Program-made: the position numbers and the translations under genes
In this document: positions 13,452-29,426 of the stretch, one piece after another
Numbering within the stretch: position 1 is the stretch's first letter
Layout: each line of letters begins with the position of its first letter
Origin: Ministeria vibrans ATCC 50519
Lineage: Eukaryota > Protista > Filasterea
Length of the DNA stretch: 64,000 bases
Reading direction: 5' to 3'
Assembly: GCA_943704425.1 (NCBI GenBank)
Contig: CALSCP010002018.1
Location: 38,190 to 102,189 of the forward strand
Notes under the pieces: model-generated
The model's input: only the letters and a program-made list of their open reading frames with translations
Database searches by the model: none
Told to the model about the DNA's origin: nothing

Positions 13452-13646
13452 GATAAACGAAACAAATTTTGATCTTCAAATTGAAAGTTGAAACTTCCGA
13501 CTTTTGACTCCTAATAAATTCTACACTACTCTCTCTCTTTACTTTCGACTGTCGATTAAAAAAAACTTAATGTACAGTAATAGTGTAATATCTCTCGCAT
13601 GGTATTCTCCCGGATTCTCGTCCGAGGGGGCGTTCAATTTAGGGAG

Positions 13647-16339
13647 CTAGCTGCGAAGTACGGAGACCTAGGGAAAACGGAACGAGGGAGTCATGACAAC
13701 GGCAAACGAAGACTTGAGTTCATACCACTCCGGAGGCAGTCGCCACGGAAATGACGGGCGCAAGCAGCGCACTTTGCACATCGTAGACGCCGCTTCCAAC
13801 ATCGACAGCACGCACCAGCTGCGACGCACGCCACACACATACATGGTGGTCAAAGGAGCCGGAGAAGAGGAGAGCACCGTCGAGAGACCATGCGAGCGAA
13901 TAGACAGCCTCGGTGTGGTGTGACAGCGTGCGCAGACAAGCACCTGAACTCCCGTCCCACACTTTCACAGTCGAGTCAGCGCTTCCACTGGAGAGACAGC
14001 AAAACAAGGGAGAGGGGAAAAAAAAAAGATTAATAATTAGAAGGAAGGGAGAAAGACACAGTTGGGTGGTACGTTGCGACAAGAGGAGGAGACTGAGGGG
14101 ACGCCGGACACCATTTGATGGTATGAATTTCGCCCGTGTGTTCCGCCAAGTCATGGCAGTACTGGTTCTCTTCCATGGTCCAGATCTGCACATGGTCGCA
14201 CAAAGGTCAGTGAGTGAGTGAGATAGAAGAAGACGAGAAAGGAGAAGGGAGAAAGTAGTAAGTGAAGAGCAAGAGACGGAGAAGGGGAGAAGGAAAAGAA
14301 ATAATTATAATTATACCTTTGCCGTAGTGTCGTCACTGCACGACGCAAGCAGTCTGTGCTCAGCATTCCACACCACTGCGTTCACATCATTCTACACATG
14401 GACACATACATAAATATTGACATGGTCACAGAGAAGGAAGCGACGTGCTTAGATGTACCATATGACCACGAAAGGTCTTCAAGGGATCTGACGCACCAAA
14501 ACGTGACACAACAATCTTCTGGTCAGACGAGCATGAGGCAAAGTCGGTCTCCGAGAGCCACTCGACATCAAGCACAGGCTGGGCATGGTGCGCATGGGTC
14601 TGCTCAGGGGCGCCTGTGCTTGCATTCCACACGATGGTGCTCTTGTCTGCACTCGCACTCACAAGCTACAAAGTGACAGTGTCACACACACACATATATA
14701 TATATAATATTATAATATATATAATATTATATTATATTATAGATGATATTATTATAATATTATGTACACTTACATACACACACTATTATCTATTAAATAT
14801 TACCTTTGTGGATGATGCATTCCATTTAATGGCAAACATGGGACCCGAATGACCCCTCAGCACATTCACCAGTGTTCCGTCGCGACTCCAAATGCGCCCA
14901 ATCCCCTCATACGACGCTGTGGCAAGCAGAGTCCCATCGCCCTACACAACACACGTTATCAACTCACACACACAAACACACATACACCCATTTCCTACAT
15001 TCCATTGTAATGATGTGACGTCCGAGCCCTTTTCACCGTTGCCTGGTCCGTGGTCAAGCACCGACTTGGCCTCGACCACCGTTCCCTCTGCAGCACTCGG
15101 ATCCATTTCAAAGAGACGCACCGTCGAGTCGCCTGACGCAGAGGCAAGCACACCCACACTCGTTGGGTTCCACGCACACCCAAACACCTCTGCACTGTGT
15201 CCTACAAGCGACACCCCTTGAGGCACTGTAGCAGCAGAACCGGCATCCACCACCGCCGTCGCGCTGGTCGCTAAAGTGGTTCCGCTTAGAGAGTCCGACT
15301 CGCGGCCGTTTGCCAATAGTTGCGATGCCTGTGATGGTGCTTGCGATGTGTCTGACGTCCGTTTCTCTTGTGATGTGTGTTGGTGCTGTTGTTGTTGTTG
15401 TTGCTGCTGCTGTCGCTGGGCGTCGTCAATCGCCGCAATGTCAATCGCCGCCTTGCGAGCTTGTCTTCTTTCGTCGCGCTCTCGCTTGCTCATGGTGCTC
15501 TTTCGTTTCCCAGTCTGAAGCGTACACCACACACAGCGAAACATCGTGTTAGACTCGTGTACACTCGACGGGGAGGGGGGGCGTACCTTGCAGACGTGTG
15601 GTGTTACAAGAGAAAACGGCTCGTGACAGTGCACCTCAGTGCCATCCTGTCAAACGAGAAAAAAAAAAATCTCAGAGCATATTACACACGTAAACACTCG
15701 TACCTCTAATACGTGAGTCTCCGCCTCCTGGTAGAGGAGTCCACGTTGTAAATAAGTCACAAGAACTCCTGTAGAGTGCGATACGACGAATGAAAAAAAT
15801 TCGCATACATTTGTCACAAGATGAGAGCGAATCAATCGACAGAGCGCATCAGGTTTCGGTGCATACGTCATATAAGTGGGCAAATGGGACGCAAGGAAGT
15901 CGATTGGGGGATTCAGCTTGAGTGTGTGGGCGCAACACGACAAAACGGTGATGTGATGTGTTCAACGGTTTTCGCAAAGAGCCAAAGAGAGTGCATCCAA
16001 CAATGCACGCTCAGTCAGCAACCATGCAACGGCCGTGGGAGCCACGTGCAAGCAAGCGAACGGCGTGTGGCGCGATGGAGGAGCGAGAAGGGACAAAAAA
16101 ACGAGCAATGTGTCAGTTGGCGTTCATACCGGCGGGGACTTCGCCTCCATCGATGGGACTCTTTCCTACGTGACTCTCCGTCGAGAATGCAAATGCAGAG
16201 TGGGTAAAACCTAAAGGAAGAAAACGCGCCAAAAAACAGAAAAAGTTGGAGTCTCAATGATACTTTTTCATCGTCCCATACCCGACTCAAGCAAGTAGCG
16301 ATACACGAGATAGTTGACCTCGTCGCTTTCGAGGGACAT
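13647..16339 (-). CDS. TBL1X: TBL1/Ebi LisH-WD40 corepressor subunit
   Basis: Spliced N-terminus [51 protein letters not shown] is the LisH/F-box-like region. WD40 repeats include GHSAEVFGCAWNP, DVTSLQWN and HTEAVYSLAWS. The last small exon VSVLRS* ends at 13647. Confidence 0.93.
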
Positions 16340-16488
16340 GACGATCGGTTTGGTAATATTTTGATTTTATTTTTATTTTTGATTACATTCTAATAAATCA
16401 ATTTTTTTATTATTTGGTTTTTGGGATTTTTGTCTCTGTTGGTGAAAGTATTACACACTCATTGGTAGATGTCGCTTGTATTGTCGTA

Positions 16489-17360
16489 CTACATATAATA
16501 TGTATACATTCCGGTCTCTTTGGCCTCTCCAGCGGCAAAGCGCTCTGCCCACTTGTGCATCTCGGCGATGGACGCTGTGTCCTTGGCACACGACGCACTC
16601 ACCTCCTTCATGGCCGAGATAAAGTCCTTCTGCTGCAGCGGACGCAACGGTACATCGTCGCTCGCATTCTCTTCTTCATCATCGCTGATCAGCAGAGCAT
16701 TCTTCTCACTCGCGCGGTGGTAGCCACCCTTGGTTGTGGCAGTACTCTCCTTGGGCGTCTCCACCACCCCACCCGCTGCTTCCTCACCACTACCACCACC
16801 CTCCTTCGCCTCTTCCCGTTCTGCCTTCTCCTGCGCCAGCTTATCCTTAGCGGCCTTCTCTTCGGCAGCAAGCAGTTCACGAATCGGCTGGTAGGCAGCG
16901 GCAACACACACATTCTTTATGTCACTGCCACTGTAGCCATCCAGCAGCCGCGCCAGCTCAGCCAAGTCCACCGAGGCCTCATCCACACACTCATGCCGCA
17001 ACACCACCCGCAAAATCTGCTCTCGCTGCTCCACATCAGGCAGGTCAATCAACACTCGGCGCGGCATGCGACGCAACGCAGCCTCGTCCAGGTCAAACGG
17101 GCGATTAGTCGCTCCCAAAATCACCACTCGCTCACTGTTCTTTGTCGTCATTCCATCCCACATGGTCATAAACTCATTCTTAATCTTCCGCATGCCTTCG
17201 TTCTCATTCGTCGAGTCCCGTCGTCCCAAAAGACTCTCAATCTCATCTAAACAAAATACCAAATATCGGAGTGAGGAGGAAGAAAGATACAAAGTCATAG
17301 AGAGAGGAGAAAGAAAGAAAGTAATACAGAGAGGAGAAAGAAACGAGTGATGAAGAGTCG

Positions 17361-17402
<42 letters not shown>

Positions 17403-17513
17403 AATAATAAGAAAAAAAATTATGATAATAATAATAATAATAATAATAACAAAAAAAATAATAATAATAACAATAATAATAATAATAATAATAACAATAA
17501 TAATAATAATAAT

Positions 17514-17549
<36 letters not shown>

Positions 17550-18162
17550 AATTTAAATTACCAATGAACACGACGCAAGGAGATATTTTGCTGGCGAGTG
17601 TGAACACGGCTTTAGCGGCCTTCTCGCCTTCACCCATCCACTTGCTGGTGACGGCACTCATCGAAATGTCTACAAACAGAACAATGTCATAATTGAGCAC
17701 ATACAAAAAAGGAAAAAAACAGCATACTGAGAAAGTTTGCGCCACTTTGAGAGGCCATAGCCTTGGCAAGCATAGTCTTGCCGGTGCCCGGAGGACCAAA
17801 GAGAAGAATGCCCTTGCAAGGCTTGGTAAGGTTGCCGCGACGGAAAAGCTCGGGACGCAGCAGCGGCAGGATGACGAGCTCGTGAAGAAGCGTCTTGACC
17901 TTCTGTAGTGATCCAATGTCGTCGAAGGAGACGCCAACGTCGTCACGCATGATCACATTGGAGAGCAGTGCCTTTTCGTAGGTGTTGTCGCACTCAATGT
18001 CCAACGGGCACTTGATGCGCGTGTCGTTTGCCTTGCTCTTCGCCTTCTTGGTGTCCGACGCACTCAGGCGCATCGGCGCACTCACCGCCTTGAACGTCGC
18101 CAGGGCACGCTGTACATATACAAACGGAAGCACACCCATTCCGGAAACAGATGTCACAGGAT

Positions 18163-18199
<37 letters not shown>

Positions 18200-21100
18200 G
18201 CTCATGTCCCTTTCCACTGTATCTTGAGCCTCCGTCGTCGAAAGTGCAGGCGCGGGGGCGCTTGCCATCGTCGCATCGTCCAAACCCATCTTCTCAGTTG
18301 GGGTTGTTGCAAATGGGGTTGTTGATGCTGGTGGTGTTGTTTTTGTTGCTGTTGTCGCCTCTGCCTCCTCCTCCTTCTCCGTCACCGTCTTATCATTTTC
18401 CTTCTTCTCCTTCTCTTTCTGCTCTTTCTTCTCCTTCTCCGCCTTTTCCTCCTCATCCTCCTCCTCGGCAACCGTCGTGTCGGCTGTAGTCTTGCTTGAT
18501 ACTGCCTTGGACGTATCAAGACGGTCGCGTCCCAACTCAGCAATGGCCCAGCCAATAATCTGATCGACGCTCAGTGGCGACAGAGTGCTCTTGGCGAGAA
18601 TGGACAAAATGGGCGCACCCAGCTCGTGTGACACGGGAAAATCATCGCACGTGAGGTTAGCCAGAGTGAAGACGGCCAAAAAGTGTCGACGATTCTCAGT
18701 GTAGGTGGCACGTTGAGTGTCTTGCTCGATCATCTTCTGCCACGCCTCAAGCGCCTTCTCTTCAGTGGGCGGCCACACAAAGAGACGTGTGCCAAACACA
18801 CGTTGGAGCGACGCACGAACATTGTGAGCAGAGCCACTGCCACCACCACCACTACCACCAGAGGGACGGCCCAAAGGCATGATGGCGCGGCGCGATGACG
18901 CAGTCGCTCGTGGCGTGCCAGTGCCTGGGGTCGACACGCTCGTTGAAGTGGTAGTAGCCGTCGACGTTGATGCGGAAGAGGCGTCGCGCTTTGCGTTCTG
19001 TGCGGCAACGGCGGCAGCACGTCGCTCGATGACGGACCAGGGTGATGTGTTGGGGGCACTCCATGTGACCGACGGGCCGCCCGGCAAGCGCATGTATTCG
19101 ACCGACTGTCCACCACCGCCGCCTGCACGACGACCACCGGCGTCGCGGAACATGCCCTTGAACTCGGGAAGAACACCAAACACGTCGTCGTCGTCGCCAG
19201 CCATGCCGCCACTCAAGAGCGCACTCAGCGAATGTGGGCGACGAGACGAAGGCCCACCACTCATCACAGTCGCGCGTGCCTCGGCCGGCAGCGATGGTAG
19301 ACGCGCAAGAGGTGCAGACGCACCAAAAGACGATGAAAAGGCGCCCGAAGGGGTTGCGTCGGACGAGACGAGAACAGTGTCGGGTGATCCGGGAGTCCAA
19401 ACGGAGGAGCCCACGAGGATGACTCGCGAATGGCGCAGATTGTTCATGTGTGCACGGAAGTAAGCAAAACGTTGCGAACTCGTGAGCATGCTCTGGCTCA
19501 GATTGGGCACGTGCACAATAACGGGAAGTGGATGCTCCTTGGCAGCGCGTAGCAACCCGGCGATCGCAACGTCTTCGGTGGAGGGTGCCACCTCGCGCTC
19601 GACCTTCAGCTCGTTGGGCGCCACAAACTTGCAGCCGGGAAAATTGTCAATGGTAAAGGCAGACGCAAAGGGTTCGTCGAATTGTACGCCGACATAGCGA
19701 TTGCCGGGAAACACGCGTACAATGCGGCCCGACGACGCAAACGGGGGACCATCCGTGGCGAGCCACACATCGTTGGTGTTGGACGCGTCCGCCGCTGCCG
19801 CAGAAGATGGCGATGCTCCACCAAGAGCGCTTTGAAGCGCAGCAGAGCCTTTGGCAAGTGCTCGAGGCGACGTACCACTCATGCTGTTGTGCAACTCGAC
19901 AAAACGGCGACGTCTTTCACGTTCAGACGACGACGTCTCCGACGAGCCATTGCCGCGTCGAAATTGCTGAAGAAGCGCAAGACGTGTCGTAAAGGGCGTC
20001 GCGTGTTGGCTTCCACTTCCACCACCACTGCCACTCGTCGAATACCGTCCTTCGATGAGCGACGTTGCTGCCGGGCCCACATAGCAAACACGATCCCCAA
20101 TATTGTAGCTGCGCGAACTTGTCGATGGACGTGATGGGACTGATTTCTTGGAGACACCGCTCAAGGTGGACGCACCAACACCTCTACTGCGCGCTGACGT
20201 ACTAACAGCAGAAGCAGTAGTAGTAGGAGTAGCAGCAGCAGCATCAGCAGAGCCAGCGGCGGCAGTAGACCCCGTGGATCGCGACAAGACTTGACGGACC
20301 GTTGTGGAGCGACGCGGGGGTCCGTCCGGCACGGAGGACACACTAGTAGGCATCATAGGAGGGGGTGTGGCTGGAGACGGGGCCATGGCACGGCCGCCCA
20401 TGGGCGGCGTGTCGCCGGGGTAGGCACGCTTGCGCGAGGAAGACGACAAGGATAAGGACGGTGTTGTTGTCGTGGTGACCGTTGCGGCAGTCGTCGATAA
20501 GGCAGCTGGGGTGGTGGCTGTGAGTCGAGGTGCACGAGAGGGTTCCTCGACAGGGGGTGGACTCTCACCGAGAATGACACTGCCCGCAATAACCATCATA
20601 CTGTCAGCGTCGTCGCACTCATCATCACCTTGTCCGTCGGTTGCAGTTCTGGTGACAACCATCGACACATCGTCCGCATCTCCACCACCACCACCACTAC
20701 CGCCACCGTCAATGGTCAAGTTGGTGGATTTGTCGGGTATTGCGCTGTCTGCAAGGTCGTAGTCGTTGACGTCGTAATCATCGGCAATGCTTGCTTCGTC
20801 GACAATACTCTCATCGCCAATGGTGGTGAGGCGCATACGGCGACGCTTCATGCGCTGCGCGTCCTCATCGGCCATCACCATCGAGCCATCGTTTGCCGCA
20901 GTGCCGTTTGTATCCACATCAAGTGCGACAGGTAGCGGTGACTCGGCACACGCTCCACGATCGTCCACATACACGCCATCGGCAGTGACGGCAATAGAGC
21001 TGCGTCGGCGACTCACTCGACGTGTTGATGGATCCACTGGGTCAACCGCGTCCGCTTCTTCTCCAGCATCGTCATCGTCCACATCCCCACTATCACCGTC

Positions 21101-22742
21101 GCCCATGGGGGTCGCATCGTGATGCGACGACGACATGCGAACAAGAGCACTGGCCGTAGCTGCAACAGCAGCTGCAGCGGCCGCCGCCACTGCAGCCGTG
21201 GCTGGCATTGCAGGAGGCGAGACAGACGCAGCAACAACAGAAGGGGCAGTGCCAATGGTCGTACCAACAACAGGAGATGAAGATGACGCCTTGAAGATGG
21301 AGTGATGGTTTCGACGGTCTTCGTCGTCAACATCATCATCAACATCATCGTCGTCCTCATCGTCCTCTTCCTCCTCTTCCTCCATGCCTGCCATGACCAT
21401 GTCCACGTCGTCATCGTTGTCTTCGTCGTCGTCCACCTCGTTGTCGTCCTCAAGACGCGTGATGTCGCCACTCGCATCGACACTAGCAGCGACAGTGGCA
21501 CTAACACCATTGCCAGTGGTGGTGACATCATCAGCTTCACGACGACGGCGACGGCGACGCCCATCGACACCAGCGGTAGCAGCAGCACGGGGGCGTGCAG
21601 TTCGGCGCCGGACAGAATCGGTGGTCATCTCTGGGGAGTGGAAGGCGTCCAGGACACTTGCGGTGCGACGTTGATGTCGACGGAGGCGCTGGATGCCTCG
21701 CTGAATATTAGTGAAAGGATCATCGTCGTCGTCGTCGTCATCGTCGGCAGCGCCACCCAGCAACATGTCTGTGTCGTCGTCCTCGTCAGCATTCTCTTCG
21801 TTTTCATCAGCCCCCAAAGCACCACCCTCGACAGTCTTGCCATTACCACCACTGCGACTGTTACCACCGCGACCGACAGACGACACGGGCGGAGGCAACA
21901 CAAGGCTCTCGGTGGTGGTGTCAAGAAGAAGCAGACCGCAGCCGATTTGGCGAGCGAGCGCACTGACAAGCTGAGTCTGGTACGTTTCGGTGCCCGGCTG
22001 GCCACAGAGCAGCACTCCGTGGCTGAGCGACGCAATGTTGTCGGCAAAAGGCGCCAGTTCAGGGTTGAGCAGGTAGACGGAGACAGCATCCTCGAGCAAC
22101 TGACGTAGACTGTCCGAGAGATGGTGAGGAAACGAGTCGAGCGTGTGCGGCAAACTGTCGGGTGTGACAATTTTGGCGGCGTAGTGTGCCGCGTGACGAG
22201 TTTCTTCGGCCTCGCGACGACGACGGGCGTCGGCTAGCGAGTGAGCGGAAGGGACGTAGCGACGAGAGAGCAGATCGGATGGCGACGAGTCGTTCTGGGA
22301 GACCAGGTGGAAGATGAAGGAATAGGAGCAGATGGTGAGCAGGTCGCCGGGACGCAAAGACGTCGGCTCGGCTGCGTCGAGAGGCACAGCCTTGCCGTTG
22401 ACGTAGGTCGATGTGGTTTTGGTGAGCGAGCGCACCACGACTGTTCCTGCAACACGGTCGCGCTTCACTTCGGCGCACAGGCGACTGATAGAGGCGTCGG
22501 CAAGCGACACGTTGCAGCGCCAGTGGCGACCAAATGTGAATTTGTCGTCGACAACGTCTGTGTGCGCGAGACGTCCGTCGAGACTGTAAAAGCGTGCCCA
22601 GGCAATAGCGGGGTTGTTGTTACTGGTACTGTTGCGGCTATTGACGTTATTGTTGCTGTTGGTGAGATCCGCTGCGGCAGATGGCATGGCGAACTTTCGC
22701 AAGGCTGCGAAGTATTCGACTTCTGGAGAATCTTTAGGCTTT

Positions 22743-22773
<31 letters not shown>

Positions 22774-23458
22774 AAGCAGTAGTGGTGGCGGAGGCGGTAG
22801 TCACTTCAGCAGAAGCGGCAGTTGTCGCGGGTGCTTTGGTTGTGGAAGGTAGGTCGCCGTCAGTGTCGGCGACAGGCACGGGAGCGGAAGCAGCAGCGGC
22901 GAGTGCGGCGACCGACGAAGAAATCTGCAAAAGGTCATCGAGTGCATCCTTGTTGGTGGTGGCGATGTCGCTGGCGGTGTCCATAGAGGGGCATGGTGGG
23001 GCGGGCGAACGGACTGGAGTGGCCACAGATAGGGGATTGGATGTGGTTGAAGAAACGTTTGTCACGTTTCGGTTCGCGTGCGTTTCCGTCCCCAGGCGAT
23101 TAGGTTGGTTGTCGGGCAGGACACGAGCTCGTTTGGAGGGCTTTGGAGGAAGCGTAGCGGGCGGTGTGGCGGCGGTGGTGACCGAGGCGACGAGGGTTGG
23201 CTCTGAAGGCGGCGACTGACGAGGGGTGTCCGCCTGCTCATCGAAACTGCTACTTCTCTGGCGCTTTCCGGTGGCTCCTACGGCGCTAGCGGGGGCTGGC
23301 AAGGCGCAATCGAGGCGGGAATCGCCCTCGGGCGCAGCACTGTCAGCGGAGGGCGGGCACGCGGGGGAATCGGACGTTGACGAGGTCGACATGAGTTTGT
23401 CGCGCGCCTCGTCCGGTGCCCCAAACGACTCGCTCTTGCCGCGACCAGCGTCCGACAT
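16489..23458 (-). CDS. Large FHA-domain AAA+ ATPase (MSP1/ATAD1-related C-terminal AAA, plant At4g02480-like architecture)
   Basis: FHA-like FTFGRHWRCNVSLAD; degenerate first AAA (FPHHLS...VLLCGQPGTETYQ); GDRVCYVG...VGVQFD motif; intact AAA with LTKPCKGILLFGPPGTGKTMLAKA, Walker B VFIDEIES (split by an intron) and GATNRPFDLDEAALRRMPRR. Two introns lie near the 3' end. Confidence 0.9.
17361..17550. repeat. (TAA)n/(TCA)n microsatellite in an AAA ATPase intron
   Basis: Trinucleotide runs are directly visible. Confidence 0.95.
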
Positions 23459-24635
23459 TGGCAAATAATAAGAAAGACTTCAAGGGCCACGCAATGGGAG
23501 GGGATATTGAGCGAAATCCACCGAGCGCGAGGGAGTGGTGTGTGACAAAGGAATTGGAGGAGAACGAAAAAAAAATGGATTTAATAATAAATAATTAATC
23601 ACGAATATTCAAGAGAGGAGTAGTCTGTAAGTAGAGAGGTCAGAAGGGGAGAGGGGATATGTGCAGAAGTAAGCAGTTAGCAGAGCACTTGTTCTTGTAA
23701 TGTATTTGTTTTATTCACTTGTGGATTATTCTTCTGCAGTTGATCCCAGACGGAAAAGGAAAGGGAAATAGCGAGTCGACATGAATACCAAGGATAGGGT
23801 ACATTACTGAGTACATAGTTACACACTGTTGTATTGTTGTACTAGCTATACAGAGCACGGCGGCGGAGGCATTGTCATTGAAGCAGCAGACGACGACGGT
23901 GATTACTTCGACTTGAAACGCTGCTGCTGCTGCTGCTGCTGCTGCTGTGCGCGTCGTGCCGCCTCGGCCGCTGCCTTCTTCTTCTTGCTGCCACCACCAA
24001 AGAACTCTTTTACAAATGGGATGTCGGAGAAGACCAGTAGGTAGGCGACGAACCAGGCTACAGAGAAGGGGCGAAAAGCAGATGGATGGTGAGTCGACCC
24101 GTCTCGCGAAAGGCTTTACTTTTGTCCTCTGAAGAGACATTTGGATAGGGTGGCGGCGCGCTGAGGATGAGGCGTATGCATGTATATGTATGTGATCCAG
24201 GGAGTGGGAGGGCGGGGTGGCAGAAAGGATAGAGAAGAGAGAGAGAGAGAGTGGTGAACTTACCAAAGACGAGGACGGAAGAAACGAACCCAAGAGAAAG
24301 GCAACACTGAACGAGAAACCAGACGTGTGCGAGCACAGAATCAAGAGTGATCATCGCACACGGGAGGGGGGAGGGGAGAAAAAGAAGTGAGCTGTCACGG
24401 CAGTCACGCTGCGATTAAATTAAGAGAGTGTTAAGAGAAGCAAGTGAAAGGGTTGACTCACAGTGAGTGGTTGAGTCCATCACTCGTCTGTCCATGACTG
24501 ATGACCTAATTGACATAATTGACATGATTTGATTTTTGAACACTCTAATACATTTAGCTTAGTAAACAAAAAATTGGTTCATTCAATCAATAATTATCTC
24601 TCTCTCTCTCTCGCTTTGCCTTTTTCCCCTCTCTT

Positions 24636-24738
<103 letters not shown>

Positions 24739-24740
24739 GG

Positions 24741-26027
24741 CTATCTCACAAAAGAATCGTCTTTGATAGACGAAAGAGTATTACGTCGCTTGAAGCGGTC
24801 GCATTCGGGAGCATGGAGGGTGGCGTCGAGTTTTTGGCAGCGGTCACTGCAGTAGCGCACATGATGACACTCGGGACACGCTTGGAACTCGACCGTCTGC
24901 GATTCAAACGCACAACATGCCAACGCATGACACTCAACAAAGAGCCATTCGTCGGCGGCCCCGACCACAGTGGTGTCGCCTGCGCTGGCCAAGGTGATGC
25001 TGATCAGCTCGCCGTCGCGGTTGGGCACAAGCGACGCCGCCCGCTGACTCACATGGTCGTCGGGGAAAGGCGGTAGCTGGTTGAGCGCAACGCGATATAG
25101 ATTGGCTTCACTCACACGCAAATCCCGCTCGCGTTCCGTTAGCGCCGCCCATGTGCCCCGCACGCCCTTCTCCGTGCTCACCAACTCAAGGTTCTTCAGA
25201 CGGTTGTCTGTCGAGTGAAAAATAAAAACCATACAGCAATGATGAGGTGTCGTGGATGTGACGTCTAACACTAGGTGGTATCTACTGACCTACAGTGACG
25301 CCGTTGCGGTGTGCAACGCTATAGCCCGAAGGTATTCTCCCGCGATGGTATTGCCTGTCGGATACGTGTGAGACGGATGGTCTTTTGTTCTTCATGTGAC
25401 TCACCATAGTAACTCGTGGAACAAGCCCGACACTTGTTCGCCTGTACTGGGATCTTGGTCGTTGCGGATCGCATGTGCGACTATCTGAGCGCCATTCCCG
25501 TCCGGCTGGTAGACGCACTTGGCCAAGAACGAAAACTGTCGGACGAATGGGATGTCGCTCGCATCCAGCAGCATGTACTTTCTCTTGTGGCACAGCGCAC
25601 CTGCAAGAAGAGAAAGAGGAGAGAGAGAGGGAGGGAGAGAGGCGTTAGAGGAGAAACATGCGAGAGAGAGAGGAGACAACAACGATTCAAAACGATTGGA
25701 ATGTGTTGCGGTGAATATAGACGACGCGTTGTCCGGCCGACACAGGCCTATATCAGTGAACTTCTCTAGAAGAAAGGCTGCCCAGTGCATGCCACAGTCT
25801 GATGTGGCCGTCGGAGGAGAGTAGCTGTACCGTTGTCAAGAAGGCAGAACGCAAACGATAAAAACGCTTGTCGAACTTTGGAGAATTCGACGGAGACCAC
25901 CTTGCGCGTTTCACATGCTAAGACGGGGAATAAAAGGCTCACCTAAGTACACGACGCCTAGTTTGACGGGAGACGCTGTGGTATTTTGCGCTCTTCTCAG
26001 ACGGGCTGTTGGGAGCAGATCGTCCAT
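24741..26027 (-). CDS. MYND-type zinc-finger protein (multi-exon; 5' exons uncertain)
   Basis: The last exon encodes CHALAC...FQACPECHHVRYCSDRCQKLDATLHAPEC (MYND consensus). Upstream coding-like segments lie at about 25290-25345, 25405-25600 and 25700-25825. The start is not resolved. Confidence 0.7.
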
Positions 26028-26290
26028 GCTGGGTGCGAGGCGGGAGGGGGCCAAGGGGTCCACGTAAACGTCAACTAACGACTTGGGGAAGAGTCCAGTC
26101 TCGTCGGGAAAGAGAGGGAGGTAAAAAATAAATGAATTTCTGAGTGATTTCTGATGAGTTAGATACAACTTCTCTAAAGTCCATCTAAAGTCAAACGGGT
26201 CTAACCATTTCAATTTCAATTTCTGAGGTCTCTCTAGCGACACTCGGCGCGTGCTAGTTTGCTATCTTTCTTGAGTTTACATTGAACAAT

Positions 26291-27881
<1,591 letters not shown>

Positions 27882-27928
27882 TCCTCTCCTTTTTCATTTT
27901 TTTGTCATTATTTTGGTACATTTCGTTT

Positions 27929-28458
27929 TTACTGCTTTCGCTGTTTGATCTTCTTCTTGAGTAACTCTGGAAAGCGGCGCACAAGCGCCCGTGTCAGTGG
28001 AATCGCCGACGCAACACGAACCGGCATCAGAATCTACGAAGCAACGCAGTGAGACTTCTTCTGAGTCGCCGACTCGCACAACAAAGTCACTTCATCACTC
28101 ACAAACGCACTAGCTTGCAACTCTCTCGTCTGTGTTTTTTTTTCTTCTCTCGGCCTCCTCTCTCACTTTGTATTTGTGTCTATTTGTTTCTATGTGTTTC
28201 TATTTGATTCTATTTGATTTGTTTGATTTGTTACTATTTGTTTCTATCACTGTGTTTGTTTTTTCTCTCTCACTTTGTTCCTCTATCACTTTGTTTCTCT
28301 CTCTCTATCACTTTTCTTTCTCCCTCCTTTCTCTCTCTCTGCTCTCTCTATCAGTTTGTTTCTCTCTCTCTGCTCTCTCTATCACTTTGTTTCTTTCTCT
28401 CTGCTCTCTCTATCACTTTGTTTCTTTCTCTCTCTCTCTCTCTGCTCTCTCTATCACT

Positions 28459-28502
<44 letters not shown>

Positions 28503-28546
28503 TCTCTCTATCAGTTTGTTTCTCTCTCTCTGCTCTCTCTATCACT

Positions 28547-28614
<68 letters not shown>

Positions 28615-28698
28615 TCTCTCTATCACTTTGTTTCTCTCTCTCTCTCTCTGCTCTCTCTATCACTTTGTTTCTCTCTCTCTCTGCTCTCTCTATCACTT

Positions 28699-28795
<97 letters not shown>

Positions 28796-29426
28796 GTTTG
28801 TTCGTCTTACTTTGTATATTGCGTATGTTAGTACAAACACGCTCGCTCCCTTGCCCGCATTTATGTCCACATCAAACCCCATGGCTACATAACACAATGT
28901 TAGTCTGATGCATTTGAAATTCTTGTTGTGTTGTACATTCGAGAAGCGTTGGAATCCTCAGAGTATGAAGTATGCCTGTAACATCAACACCACTTGCCAG
29001 CGCTCCATACGTTGCCGCAAAAAAGGTAATATCAATAGTGATGTATGTGAAAATGGCGGCGCGTCCATATTTGCGCATAAACGCCTGCAGTCGCTCGCGC
29101 ATCGACAACTTCTCCATCTTCTCGTCGTTCGGATCGTCATCCTCCTCCTCTTCCTCCTCCTCTTCCACCTTGCTGGCCCGTGCACTGTCTGCCGCCTTGC
29201 CCGCGGCGTTGTTGTTCGCCGTACTTGCCAGCAGTGAGCGCGAGGTCGTCAGCAGTCTCCATCTCGGCTGTAAACAGACGCTGGAGAGCACGCGAGACGG
29301 TGCCACGGCGCGAACGCACGCCAGCTTGGAAGAAGCAACAAGGGACAAGGATCGCTGCGAGAGCGCAGTCGCAACGGACCGCTGCGCGTGGCGTAGGCTC
29401 AAGCGCAACAACTGGCGTGCTAGCAT
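27929..29426 (-). CDS. FAM210: FAM210/DUF1279 mitochondrial membrane protein
   Basis: Arg/Ser-rich presequence MLARQLLRLSLRH; RLQAFMRKYGRAAIFTYITID...GVDV; middle exon GASVFVLTYAIYK; last exon ILMPVRVASAIPLT...KQ*. Confidence 0.85.
28260..28791. repeat. Compound (CT)n minisatellite with recurrent CTATCACTTTGTTT units, in a FAM210 intron
   Basis: About ten CTCTATCACTTTG/CTATCAGTTTG units are separated by CT runs. Confidence 0.95.

Noticed and set aside
23500-24600. Short ORFs upstream of the AAA ATPase
   Set aside because: Low complexity with no recognisable motifs; probably 5' UTR, intron or promoter sequence.
28132-28908. Long Leu/Ser and Arg/Glu ORFs, and similar poly-Y/L/I ORFs at 17295, 51378 and 53983
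   Set aside because: They are translations of intronic microsatellites.
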